Below, piece by piece: positions 1 to 9,913 of a DNA stretch of 64,000 nt. Under the pieces are notes generated by a model. That model searched no databases. It was not told where the DNA came from and saw nothing but the letters and a program-made list of their open reading frames with translations. The translations under genes and the position numbers were made by a program. Positions within the stretch are counted from its first letter, which is position 1, and the number at the start of each line of letters is the position of its first letter. Origin of the DNA: Gammaproteobacteria bacterium (GTDB lineage: Bacteria; Pseudomonadota; Gammaproteobacteria; CAKMZV01); assembly GCA_965219665.1 (NCBI GenBank), contig CBDCOD010000024.1, positions 209,633 to 273,632 on the forward strand. The letters run 5' to 3'.

Positions 1-322
1 CGCATATAGTACGCTTTTCGCTCCCAATCCAAGTGAACGACAATTCTGGTGACCCGTCCACTGCTGAGGATGACTGCTCTGGGAGGACACGCTATAGCCG
101 CTGGTATCAAACTGCACTGTTCGTTTATGAGGTAGATACTGAGCAGCCAAATCCTACGCTTACACAGCGCGATAAAATTGTTGCAGCAACGCGTAGCAAT
201 TGTGATGGCTCACGGCAACGCTCTGCCTATCATGATAGAAGTATTTTGTCTGAAAATGCAACATACTATATCCATCAAAACGCCATTCTTTCCAGCGATC
301 TCATTCCCTAAGTACCTGTTTT

Positions 323-1744
323 ATGTTTCTTGTTCCTGAAATTATTATTCTTATTGCTGCCCTGTCAGCACTGATGGCAGAAGTGTTTGTTGGCAAACGC
401 TATCCAATGCTCGCCTACTTTATTGCGCAGATTACCTTTGTAGTTGTATTCATTTGGACGGTGATTTATGGAGTAGATTCTCGGATAGCTTTCTTTGATG
501 GTGGTTTTATAAGAGATCAGTTTGGTGATGTGCTGAAGTTAGTGATATACGCCATAACCGCCCTAACGTTGATCTATTCGCAGCGCTACCTTATTGATAG
601 AGGGATGATGCGTGGAGAATTTTATGCCATGATTCTATTCGCTGTTTTAGGTATGCAGGTGCTCATATCCGCTGGTAATTTACTGACTATTTACATGGGG
701 TTAGAGATTATGTCCTTGTCCATCTATGCTTTAGTTGCTTGGCGTCGACAAGTTTTAACGGTGACCGAAGCAGCGATGAAATACTTTGTTCTGGGGTCAA
801 TAGCCTCCGGCATGTTGCTCTATGGCATGTCTTTGGTTTATGGCGCAACGGGTAGTTTATCGATATCTACCATTGCCTATGAAGTCATTGCACAGGGGTT
901 GACCTCCACATTAGTTTTTCAGTTTGGCTTGGTATTCCTGTTAGTGGGTGTAGCATTTAAGGTAGGTCTAGTTCCCTTTCACATGTGGATGCCCGATGTA
1001 TATCAAGGTGCACCCAGCACTGTAACACTTTTTATAGCAACCGCCTCTAAATTAGCCGCCTTCTCTATGCTCATTCGGTTATGGGTGGAAGCGTTAGGCA
1101 CTACCTTAGAGAGTGTGCAGACTTTGCTTATTGTGTTGGCCGTTCTCTCTATCATCATTGGGAATGTTATTGCCATTGCGCAACATAATCTCAAGCGTAT
1201 GCTTGCTTACTCGGCCATTGCACACATGGGATTCATGTTGTTAGGAATCTTATCAGGCAGTCAAGAGGGCTATGCTGCTGCGATGTATTATGCTATCATT
1301 TATGCGGTTATGGGAACTGCTGGCTTTGGTTTACTAACTATTTTGGCGGATAAATCCAGTGAGCGTGATACCTTTGACGACATCCAAGGCTTAGCAACTC
1401 AATCACCATGGTTAGCAGCCCTCATGTTGGTGGTGATGTTCTCTATGGCAGGCATCCCACCAACGGTTGGGTTTTATGCTAAATTAACGGTATTGCAGGC
1501 AGTTATTCAGGCTGATTTAGTATGGCTTGCAATCTTGGCAGTAGTGTTTTCCGTGGTTGGCGCTTTCTACTATCTGCGTGTTATCAAGAAAATGTTTTTT
1601 GATCAATCTAAAAGAGATACCCCTATTCCTTCTCTGCCTGTTTCTGTAAAACTTTTTGCAACGGCAAATGTTGCAGCTTTAGTCCTTTTTGGCATATTCC
1701 CAGAACCTATCATTAGATGGTGTCAGGCGGCATTTGGTCTGTAG
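323..1744 (+). CDS. nuoN: NADH-quinone oxidoreductase subunit N (complex I antiporter-like subunit)
   Basis: 473-aa polytopic membrane ORF with N-terminus MFLVPEIIILIAALSALMAEVF. Length and hydrophobicity pattern match the NuoN/ND2 family. It is followed by a DUF2818-type small membrane ORF, as downstream of nuoN in many gammaproteobacteria. Confidence 0.85.
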   Translation: MFLVPEIIILIAALSALMAEVFVGKRYPMLAYFIAQITFVVVFIWTVIYGVDSRIAFFDGGFIRDQFGDVLKLVIYAITALTLIYSQRYLIDRGMMRGEFYAMILFAVLGMQVLISAGNLLTIYMGLEIMSLSIYALVAWRRQVLTVTEAAMKYFVLGSIASGMLLYGMSLVYGATGSLSISTIAYEVIAQGLTSTLVFQFGLVFLLVGVAFKVGLVPFHMWMPDVYQGAPSTVTLFIATASKLAAFSMLIRLWVEALGTTLESVQTLLIVLAVLSIIIGNVIAIAQHNLKRMLAYSAIAHMGFMLLGILSGSQEGYAAAMYYAIIYAVMGTAGFGLLTILADKSSERDTFDDIQGLATQSPWLAALMLVVMFSMAGIPPTVGFYAKLTVLQAVIQADLVWLAILAVVFSVVGAFYYLRVIKKMFFDQSKRDTPIPSLPVSVKLFATANVAALVLFGIFPEPIIRWCQAAFGL

Positions 1745-1761
1745 TTGGCGCATTTTTTAAT

Positions 1762-2055
1762 ATGTCTGGTGGAATAATAATCGGTTTGTTGCTGTGCTTG
1801 GTCTTGGCAAATTTGCCGTGGCTAAGTGACCGGTTTTTGCTACTCGGTGAAGTGCTGCCACAAAAAAAGCGCTGGCTATGGCGGCTAATGCAGTGGGGAA
1901 TATATTTAATTGCTGCTGCGGCTATTATGTTCGGCTTAGAGCGCTATTACACAGGCAAGAATACAGAGCAGGATTGGGAACTCATAGTGAGCGCTCTATT
2001 GCTATTTATCATTTTTGCCTTTCCAGGTTTTATTTACCGCCTATACAAAAAATAA
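1762..2055 (+). CDS. small inner-membrane protein, DUF2818-like (nuoN-downstream family)
   Basis: 97-aa ORF with three hydrophobic helices (MSGGIIIGLLLCLVLANL..., LMQWGIYLIAAAAIMFGL..., LIVSALLLFIIFAFPGFIY) immediately after nuoN. The ORF track starts it at 1717, overlapping nuoN; the internal ATG at 1762 is the more likely start. Confidence 0.5.
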   Translation: MSGGIIIGLLLCLVLANLPWLSDRFLLLGEVLPQKKRWLWRLMQWGIYLIAAAAIMFGLERYYTGKNTEQDWELIVSALLLFIIFAFPGFIYRLYKK

Positions 2056-2114
2056 TTGAGTAAGACCCATACAGGTTTTACACATAGATTGCTTACATAT
2101 ATTGGAGTTACACA

Positions 2115-3941
2115 TTGTCTCACAGCACACACTTACGAAATATTGCTATTATTGCGCACGTTGATCACGGAAAAACAACTTTGATTGACCAATTGCTCAA
2201 ACAATCAAGCACATTAAAAGAGCGCCAAAAATTAGCGGAGAGAGCAATGGACTCCAATGCCTTAGAGCAAGAAAGAGGAATCACCATCTTAGCTAAAAAC
2301 ACGGCTATTAGTTGGAAGGATTATCATATTAACATTATTGATACACCAGGGCATGCCGACTTTGGTGGAGAAGTTGAGCGGGTATTATCGATGGTAGATG
2401 CGGTGCTTTTATTGGTAGATGCCGTTGATGGTCCTATGCCACAAACCCGCTTTGTAACACAAAAAGCCTTTGCACATGGTTTGAATCCGATTGTAGTTAT
2501 CAATAAAATTGATCGGGACGGTGCGCGCCCTGAGTGGGTGATGGATCAAGTCTTTGACCTATTTGATAGCCTCGGTGCAACCGATGAGCAGTTAGATTTT
2601 AAGGTGGTTTACGCTTCAGCAATACAAGGCTTTGCCAGTTTAGATGAGCAAGCTACAGGCGGGGATATGCAGCCACTATTTGAAACAATTGTTTCTACGG
2701 TATCACCACCCGATGTGCAATTAGACGCACCGCTTCAGTTACAAGTGAGTCAGTTGGACTATAGCCCATACCTTGGAGTAATGGGCATAGGGCGGATTAA
2801 GCGCGGCAGAATGCAGAGTAATATGCAAGTCAGCGTTATAGACGGAACGGGTAAGAAAACATCGGGGCGGATTTTAAAAATATTTGGCTTTCATGGGTTA
2901 GAGCGTATTGAGCGACAGCAAGCAGAAGCAGGTGAGATTATTGTTTTTTCAGGATTAGAGAAGGTGCAAATTTCAGCAACAGTCTGTGACCCAGATTGTA
3001 TAGAAGCGTTACCAGATCTACAGGTAGATGAGCCAACCGTTTCAATGAACTTCTTGGTAAATACTTCGCCCTTTTGCGGCAAAGAAGTAAAGGGTGGTAC
3101 TTCCTCACGCAGGCTGCGAGAACGCTTAGAACAAGAACTATTGCATAATGTGGCATTACGTGTAGAAGACACAGACGATACTGAAAAATTCAAGGTATCT
3201 GGACGCGGTGAATTACACTTAGGCATTCTGATTGAAAATATGCGCCGTGAAGGCTATGAAATGGCAGTATCACGCCCTGAGGTGGTGATACGTCAGTCTG
3301 AGGATGGCAGCTATGAAGAGCCTTACGAAAACGTGTTGGTTGATGTAGAGCAAGCGCATCAAGGTGCTTTAATGGAATTGTTAGGCGAGCGTCGTGCCGA
3401 ATTAAAAAACATGCAAACAGATGACAGAGGGCGGGTGCAAATGCAGTATTTAGCTCCTGCGCGTGGTTTGATTGGATTACAAACACTTTTTTTAACTATT
3501 ACATCAGGAACTGGACTGCTATACCGCTCTTTCAGTCATTATGGTGCCTATAATCCAGAAGAAATTGGTCAGCGCAATAATGGTGCCATGATTTCCAATG
3601 CCAATGGCAAGGCGTTGGCTTATGCCCTTTTTAACCTGCAAGAGCGTGGACAACTCTTTATTGGGCACGCAGAAGAAGTGTATGAAGGCATGGTGATAGG
3701 TATTCACAGCCGCGACAGTGACTTAGTCGTCAATCCGCTAAAAGCAAAACAACTGACCAATATCCGTGCGGCAGGCACTGATGAAAATTTGATTCTCACG
3801 CCGCCTATCCGAATGACCTTAGAGCAGGCATTAGAATTTATAGATGATGATGAATTGGTTGAAGTCACACCGCAAAGTATTCGGATCCGTAAGAAACACC
3901 TATTAGAAAGTGACCGCAAGCGCGCTTCTCGCAGTAGTTAA
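2115..3941 (+). CDS. typA: translational GTPase TypA/BipA
   Basis: 608 aa with G1 motif [27 protein letters not shown] and NKIDR, and EF-G-like domain organisation. A TTG start is preceded by GGAG. Confidence 0.9.
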   Translation: MSHSTHLRNIAIIAHVDHGKTTLIDQLLKQSSTLKERQKLAERAMDSNALEQERGITILAKNTAISWKDYHINIIDTPGHADFGGEVERVLSMVDAVLLLVDAVDGPMPQTRFVTQKAFAHGLNPIVVINKIDRDGARPEWVMDQVFDLFDSLGATDEQLDFKVVYASAIQGFASLDEQATGGDMQPLFETIVSTVSPPDVQLDAPLQLQVSQLDYSPYLGVMGIGRIKRGRMQSNMQVSVIDGTGKKTSGRILKIFGFHGLERIERQQAEAGEIIVFSGLEKVQISATVCDPDCIEALPDLQVDEPTVSMNFLVNTSPFCGKEVKGGTSSRRLRERLEQELLHNVALRVEDTDDTEKFKVSGRGELHLGILIENMRREGYEMAVSRPEVVIRQSEDGSYEEPYENVLVDVEQAHQGALMELLGERRAELKNMQTDDRGRVQMQYLAPARGLIGLQTLFLTITSGTGLLYRSFSHYGAYNPEEIGQRNNGAMISNANGKALAYALFNLQERGQLFIGHAEEVYEGMVIGIHSRDSDLVVNPLKAKQLTNIRAAGTDENLILTPPIRMTLEQALEFIDDDELVEVTPQSIRIRKKHLLESDRKRASRSS

Positions 3942-4081
3942 TCTGAGCGTGTTAGTCATCGTATAGGCTTATAGCTGTACGAGGCAGTAAGCGACTGTCA
4001 CGCTGCGCCCTGTCGCAGGATGTGGCGTTTCTATCCTTCTTATAGCGCTTTCGCTTACAGTGTGTAATTAGAAATGGATGC

Positions 4082-5118
4082 TCATTTTTTCAGAGCGCCC
4101 ACCAGTGTGTTGGCATTGTGGCGTAGCAAATCAAGATAGGTCGCAGCAGGTCCCTCTTTTTCAGAGAGTGCAGTGTATAACTTGCCACCAATCGTTGCAT
4201 TGGTTTCACTGGCAATTTGCTTAATGAGGCGTGCATCCGTTATGTTTTCAATAAAAATAGCAGAAATTGTATTCACTCGCATTTGTTGGATTAAGTTGGC
4301 AACTTCTTGGGCTGAGGCTTCTGATTCGGTGCTCAGACCTTGTGGCGCGTAAAAATGTAAGCCATAGTCTCGAGAAAAATACTGAAAAGCATCGTGAGAG
4401 GTCACAACGGAGCGCTTATGGTTCGGCAGGGCTGTAATCATGGTGTTAATCTCGGCATGGAGGGCTTTAAGCTGCGCTATATAGTGATCACGATTAGCAG
4501 AAAAAACAGACGCTTGAGCGGGTAGAGCCTGAATCAACGCGTCTGCAATATTGTTCACATACGTTATCGCTACTAAAGGGCTCATCCAAGCATGTGGGTC
4601 AACTGCTCCATGCTGATGACTCTCATGATGCGCGTCAACCACCTTATGATCATCGCCGTCGTGGTGGCTTTTATGATCATCATGCCGTGTTGTGCGTAGT
4701 CGTCTGCATCCTCTTTACACGGCACAGAGCGCCCCTTAAAGCAAATGGGGGTTATGCCTTGTGTTGCTACTGCCATAATGCCATTAAAAGAGGCCGCTTC
4801 CGATAACCGCGCCAGCCAGCCCTCAAACGCTAAACCATTTATAAATAGAATGCGCGCTTCCTTAACGGCTTTAGCATCCTGCGGCGTGGGTCTATAAACA
4901 TGGGAGTCACCATTTCTACCCACCAGCACGGCCACTGTGACATGTGCCCCACCGATGCGTTCAACCATATCCCCTAAAATAGAGAACGTTGCAACAACGG
5001 GAATAGGTTTAGCAGCAGCGGTCATCGTTGCCAATGACAAGGATAAAGCGATTGCTGTAATCAGGGATGAGAAGTAGGCTGATGCCGTTCTTAATGTGTG
5101 TGAGTGAATAGAATGCAT
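4082..5118 (-). pseudogene. znuA: zinc ABC transporter periplasmic substrate-binding protein ZnuA, reading frame interrupted in the His-rich loop (frameshift near 4700-4715)
   Basis: The N-terminal part (4582..5118) has a signal peptide and cluster-9 SBP motifs and then runs into a wrong frame. The C-terminal part (4082..4642) is in another frame and contains the His-rich loop HDDHKSHHDGDDHKVVDAHHESHQHG followed by the diagnostic DPHAWMSP motif. The two ORFs overlap by 60 nt. It sits downstream of znuC-znuB on the same strand. Confidence 0.75.
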
Positions 5119-5146
5119 GATGTATTTTTATTGTTGTATAGAAAGT

Positions 5147-6040
5147 TTACGCTTCAAAATGTCGGCGTGGCACTATTTTTGTTATCAAGCCTCCGACAGG
5201 ACCAAAGAGAATAGAAAGGCAGTACAGACCACCTGCAATCAATATGATGGCAGGCCCTGAAGGTAAGCCAAAATGATAGGAGGTGAGCAACCCAATAAAG
5301 CTAGAAAGCATCGCGAACAGCGCAGCAAAACCGATTAAACCGCCTATTCCAGCAGCCCAAAATCGCGCAGCGGCAGCAGGCAATATCATAATCCCAACTG
5401 CCATCAAGGTTCCAAGTGCGTGAAATCCGGCGATAAGATTGGTCACTACCAAGGTTAAAAATACAAAATGCGTGGTTGCGCTCACCTTGCTCACGGATTG
5501 GAGAAACTGTGAATCGGCACACTCAAGCACTAATGGACGAAAAAATAAGGCGAGAGTCACTGTAGAGAAACTGGCGAACAAGCACAGCAGAATAAGCGCT
5601 GCATTATCTAATGCAAGCACTGTTCCAAATAACACGTGCATTAAGTCTACGTTGCTTCCACGTGTGGAAACAATCAACACACCCAGTGCCAGTGAAATAA
5701 GGTAGAAGGCAGCAAGACTGGTATCTTCTTTTAGTACGGTAACCCGCGTCACTAAACCTGATCCTAAAGCGACAATCATGCCTGCAACCAATCCACCAAT
5801 AGTCATGGCGCCCAAAGACAGTCCAGAGATTAAATAGCCAATAGCAGCACCGGGCAGAATGGCATGTGCCATAGCATCACCGGTTAAACTCATGCGACGG
5901 AGCATGAGAAAGACACCAACTGGAGTTGCGCCAATTGAAATGGCAATGGATCCCAGTAAGGCGCGCCGCATAAAGCCAAATTCTATAAATGGCATGAACA
6001 GGGCCTCCCATATTGGATCGCCAATGGAGTCCCAAATCAC
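5147..6040 (-). CDS. znuB: zinc ABC transporter permease ZnuB
   Basis: 297-aa ABC-3 family permease with 8-9 TM helices. It overlaps the znuC stop by 4 nt, indicating translational coupling. Confidence 0.85.
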   Translation of the reverse strand: MIWDSIGDPIWEALFMPFIEFGFMRRALLGSIAISIGATPVGVFLMLRRMSLTGDAMAHAILPGAAIGYLISGLSLGAMTIGGLVAGMIVALGSGLVTRVTVLKEDTSLAAFYLISLALGVLIVSTRGSNVDLMHVLFGTVLALDNAALILLCLFASFSTVTLALFFRPLVLECADSQFLQSVSKVSATTHFVFLTLVVTNLIAGFHALGTLMAVGIMILPAAAARFWAAGIGGLIGFAALFAMLSSFIGLLTSYHFGLPSGPAIILIAGGLYCLSILFGPVGGLITKIVPRRHFEA

Positions 6041-6786
6041 GCAACGTTCCTATTACAGATATGCGGCGTGTTCGTGTTTACACACGCTTCACACATTTGA
6101 CGAGCGCGATTTAGGTTATCGGTGTTTATGACCGTCTCGGTTGAACCATGCGCAACCAGCTCACGTGCCAACATAAGTGATTGAGGAAAATAGCTGCGAA
6201 CCATACCATAATCATGCAACACAGTCAGAACCGTTCTGCCCTCGTTGTGCCACCTTTGAATAATGTCAATCAAATCATCTATTGTTTTGGAATCAATTGC
6301 CACAAACGGCTCATCTAAAAGAATAAGTTTTGCATCCTGTAAGAGCAAGCGAGCAAACAACATTCGTTGAACCTGTCCTCCGGAGAGGGTTGATATAGGG
6401 CGTTGCTCAAAGCCTGTTAGCCCTACTGCAGCAATAGCAGCCTTAACCCGATGCCATCGTGCCTTACCCAGTCGTCCGAATATCCCTATCTCTCGCCAAA
6501 GTCCCATCGCAACCAGATCAATAACAGAAAGGGGGAAGGTCAGATCAATGCTTGACTGCTGGGGTAAGTAAGCTATATCGTGAGCCTTTATTCCCGCTAT
6601 ATGTATATGTCCGTCCAGAGGTGTGAGTGCACCAATCAGACCTTTTAACAGAGTAGATTTCCCAGCGCCATTAGGACCAATAACTGCTGTCAGACTCCCC
6701 TTTGTAATCGTTGTGTCCAGATGGTGTACAGCTGGATGACGTTCATAGCCAAGGGTTAGGTTTTGGAAAGCGATTGCTACTGTCAT
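6037..6786 (-). CDS. znuC: zinc ABC transporter ATP-binding protein ZnuC
   Basis: Walker A GPNGAGKST, signature LSGGQVQR and Walker B LILLDEP. The start was chosen at MTVAIAFQNLTLGY; the ORF track extends it to 6828. Confidence 0.85.
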   Translation of the reverse strand: MTVAIAFQNLTLGYERHPAVHHLDTTITKGSLTAVIGPNGAGKSTLLKGLIGALTPLDGHIHIAGIKAHDIAYLPQQSSIDLTFPLSVIDLVAMGLWREIGIFGRLGKARWHRVKAAIAAVGLTGFEQRPISTLSGGQVQRMLFARLLLQDAKLILLDEPFVAIDSKTIDDLIDIIQRWHNEGRTVLTVLHDYGMVRSYFPQSLMLARELVAHGSTETVINTDNLNRARQMCEACVNTNTPHICNRNVA

Positions 6787-7043
6787 GATACACTGGGGGT
6801 TGTGATTGCCCAGAAATAGCCTAACCATAGCAAGAGGATAATCAAAGTCGCTCCCACCAATCGGGGTATCACTCCAGCTAAAAGCAGCCGAAAATGAGGT
6901 GTCATTATGTTCATTGTCATTTGGTTATTTTTAAGGTTTACTCTGGCAATTTACAGAATAGTGTAAGGGGCATTGCCTAAAAATGTAGTATTGTAACATA
7001 ACATATTGAGGGAGCGCTATAGACAAGGCAATAGCAGTGCTGC

Positions 7044-7514
7044 TTAATAAATGTAGCGATGAGGAACCTGATCTAAGGCGGTTTGTAGATGAATATTCGC
7101 AATGATGCCGTTCGGGCAAATATCTAACAAAGGGCGTAGCACAAAATCACGCTGCGAAAATAAAGGATGTGGTAGCTTTAAGCGTGGGTGATGTATGCGT
7201 AAATCTGCATAAGCAATCATGTCTAAATCCAATTCGCGCGGTTGCCAATGCCCACGCTGAACGCGCCCTAATAGTTGCTCTATAGATTGCAAACAATCTA
7301 ACAGACCCATAGCACTGAGAGTGGTTTCCAGGCGCAGTGCAGCGTTGATAAAGGCTCGTTGCTCTGGCCCTTGCGGTTTAGAACGATAGTGGGGAGACAG
7401 GCAGCAGTTTCGCAGCGCGGGGTGTGCTTGTAGCTGTGCAACCGCTTTATTTACGGTAGCGGTGCTATCGCCAACGTTGCTGCCTATCGCAATCCAAACA
7501 GTATTCCAGCGCAT
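7044..7514 (-). CDS. folK: 2-amino-4-hydroxy-6-hydroxymethyldihydropteridine pyrophosphokinase (HPPK)
   Basis: 156 aa with VWIAIGSNVGD and the HPRLKLPHPLFSQRDFVLRPL motif typical of FolK. It is adjacent to pcnB, as in E. coli. Confidence 0.85.
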   Translation of the reverse strand: MRWNTVWIAIGSNVGDSTATVNKAVAQLQAHPALRNCCLSPHYRSKPQGPEQRAFINAALRLETTLSAMGLLDCLQSIEQLLGRVQRGHWQPRELDLDMIAYADLRIHHPRLKLPHPLFSQRDFVLRPLLDICPNGIIANIHLQTALDQVPHRYIY

Positions 7515-7672
7515 AAAATCATTCTTACCTCAGGAAAAAACTAGTGTGGCGTGCTTGCCAGTAGCAGGTATAAGGGAGCACTATTGCCCAAAAGAGCACG
7601 TACTATGGCTATTTTTATGGGTGCTGTAAAAACAGCCATCCATTTGATCATAGGATACGAACTGCTTTTGGC

Positions 7673-8995
7673 TTATTTTTGGCGGTTTTTGCCTTTAGAT
7701 GTGAGTGTCTCTAGGGCTTGATCTGGATTTTTTTGGTATAACGTCCACCAGGTGGCCTCTTCTTGTAGTGTTGTGCTTTCACTGCATTGGCTACGCAGAC
7801 AGAGAAAGTCGTAACTGGCTCTAAAATTTCGGCTGCGAGCCACACTCAGTCGAGTACGCTTGCGTGTGCTTAGTAAGCGCAATTGACCAAACCATATATC
7901 GTAGATAGTGCTAACAAAGCGTTTTGGAATGTGCATATACGTATTTTGCTCTGCAATAGTATCATTGGCTGCACGGTGTAACCGCATGCTATCACTTCCT
8001 TCCTTTATGCTATCAAAGCGTGCCATGACTTTTGCCCACAACATGCCGGCAAGAAAAAAAGAGGGGTTAAGACTCTTGTTGCTATGTACACGCTCATCAC
8101 TATTTTGTAAGATAGCGCGAATCAACGCATCGGTATCCGCACTAATTTCCTGTAGTGGGAAAAGATAGGTGAAAGTGCCTCGCTTCTGTAAGCATTCGTA
8201 ACTATGTAGAGCATGCCCTGTTTGAAAAAATTTGATGACTTCATCTAAAACACGCGCAGTAGGCAAAGACTGAATCCAATGCGATTGCTTTGCCATCAGC
8301 CTTTCTAAAGAATCTACTGGCTTAGCATCCAGTTTGGCTTCAAAGCGAATTGCCCGCAAAATCCGCATGGGGTCTTCTTTTAAGCGCTCTTTTGGCTTGC
8401 CAATAAGGCGTAAGCACCGATCACTTAGGTCATTTAACCCGCCGACATAGTCGATAATTTCCCCCTTAATAATGTCACAGTAGAGCGCATTAATTGTGAA
8501 ATCACGTCGCCACACATCATCTGAAATATGTGTGCCGTACACATTATCAGCTTGTAGCCGCCCATTACGGTCCACTTGGCGGCTCTTGTGCCTTGAGTAG
8601 GCTCTATCGCCTGTATCTTCAATAGCTGATTTTTCTTCTGAAGTGCGTAAAGTAGAAATTTCAACAATGCCATCATCTGTATAGACATGTGCTAAGCGGA
8701 AGCGTCTGCCGATGAGTTGGCATTTTGGGCGAAAGACCTTTCGAATTTCACTGGGTTTTGCGTTTGTAACAATGTCAAAGTCTTTGGGCGTTATACCCAA
8801 TAGCAAATCGCGAACACAGCCACCTACAAGCCATGCTTGGTAGCCTTTGCTCTCCAATTGTTTTACTAATTTAGTGATACTGGATGGAATATGTGACAAT
8901 GTTAAGCCACATTGGCTTAACGAATCAACACGCGGCTCTACCTTGCGCCTGTTTGCGGTCTCGAAACTGGGGAATAACTGACGAAATAACCTCAT
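7673..8995 (-). CDS. pcnB: poly(A) polymerase I
   Basis: 440 aa with the Pol-beta-type nucleotidyltransferase head LVGGCVRDLLLGITPKDFDIVTNA, RLAHV, and a C-terminal basic tail. pcnB-folK synteny is preserved. Confidence 0.85.
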   Translation of the reverse strand: MRLFRQLFPSFETANRRKVEPRVDSLSQCGLTLSHIPSSITKLVKQLESKGYQAWLVGGCVRDLLLGITPKDFDIVTNAKPSEIRKVFRPKCQLIGRRFRLAHVYTDDGIVEISTLRTSEEKSAIEDTGDRAYSRHKSRQVDRNGRLQADNVYGTHISDDVWRRDFTINALYCDIIKGEIIDYVGGLNDLSDRCLRLIGKPKERLKEDPMRILRAIRFEAKLDAKPVDSLERLMAKQSHWIQSLPTARVLDEVIKFFQTGHALHSYECLQKRGTFTYLFPLQEISADTDALIRAILQNSDERVHSNKSLNPSFFLAGMLWAKVMARFDSIKEGSDSMRLHRAANDTIAEQNTYMHIPKRFVSTIYDIWFGQLRLLSTRKRTRLSVARSRNFRASYDFLCLRSQCSESTTLQEEATWWTLYQKNPDQALETLTSKGKNRQK

Positions 8996-9214
8996 GCAAA
9001 GCTTTTTAACTGTAGGAGACCATTGTATAATGTGCGGCAGTAATCAGAACTGCACTTGTTATGAAGATACCGATTATAACGGATAACAGCACATTAGAAT
9101 ACAGTTTGCGTTAAGTAGGGTGCTGCTCCTCTCTTTATCAAAGCGTTTAACGCATTCGTGGCACGTAGAAGCAGTGAGCCCAAGTAACAAAAAATGAAGA
9201 ACGGCTAGTGTTTT

Positions 9215-9862
9215 ATGACCTCAAATTATGAGCAGTTAAAACAACGTCAGCGAGCGCAGCGAGATGCCTACCCTGATGATTTTGGTCTGCGCGTTCATCG
9301 TGCGCTCAGTTGGCTACAACGCTCAGAGCAGTGCGAAGATATGGATGGGCGTTTTATTTTTCTATGGATAGCCTTTAATGCAGCCTATGCACAAAACTTC
9401 TATATTGAAGGGAGTCAGGAAAGAAAAATATTTGGCGATTTTATAGATAAATTAGTTCAATTAGATAAGGATAAAGTGCTATATAACCTGATTTGGAGTG
9501 AATACTCGGAATCAATTCGACTACTATTAGATAATCAATATGTATTTAAGCCCTTCTGGGACTTTCAAAATAAACAACTAACAAAAGAAAATTGGGAAAA
9601 ACAGTTTGAGCATACGAAAAAGAAAATTCATCAGGCTTTAAGTCGTCAACAAACTTCTATGGTTTTACAGGAGCTGTTGTCGCGTATGTACACGTTGCGT
9701 AATCAATTAATTCATGGGGGTGCTACTTGGAGTAGTGCGGTTAATCGCGATCAACTGACCGTTTGCACTGCATTTCTTGGCAAGTTAGTGCCTTTTGTTA
9801 TTGCTCTAATGATGGATCACCCACAACAAAAATGGGGTGATATACTCTATCCGCCCATTTAG
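9215..9862 (+). CDS. hypothetical protein, HEPN-superfamily-like (conserved Rx4HG near C-terminus)
   Basis: 215-aa all-alpha-looking ORF with the motif YTLRNQLIHGG (R-x4-H-G) in the C-terminal third. Its interior is locally AT-rich compared with the flanking pcnB and purH. No partner gene is present. Confidence 0.45.
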   Translation: MTSNYEQLKQRQRAQRDAYPDDFGLRVHRALSWLQRSEQCEDMDGRFIFLWIAFNAAYAQNFYIEGSQERKIFGDFIDKLVQLDKDKVLYNLIWSEYSESIRLLLDNQYVFKPFWDFQNKQLTKENWEKQFEHTKKKIHQALSRQQTSMVLQELLSRMYTLRNQLIHGGATWSSAVNRDQLTVCTAFLGKLVPFVIALMMDHPQQKWGDILYPPI

Positions 9863-9913
9863 GCTTTTCAGCGTAACCGCTTAATACATACTCAGTAAAA
9901 AATCTTTTTCACT

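Noticed and set aside
1-322. ORF 33..311 (92 aa) upstream of nuoN, and the possibility of a nuoM 3' end
   Set aside because: The translated sequence is polar and non-membrane-like and has no recognisable domain. No frame shows NuoM-like hydrophobic sequence, so it is left unannotated.
1003-3919. Numerous 60-110-aa ORFs nested inside nuoN, typA, purH, pheT, glyS, gyrB and other genes on the opposite strand or in alternate frames
   Set aside because: They are fully contained within well-supported conserved genes and have no independent conservation signal.
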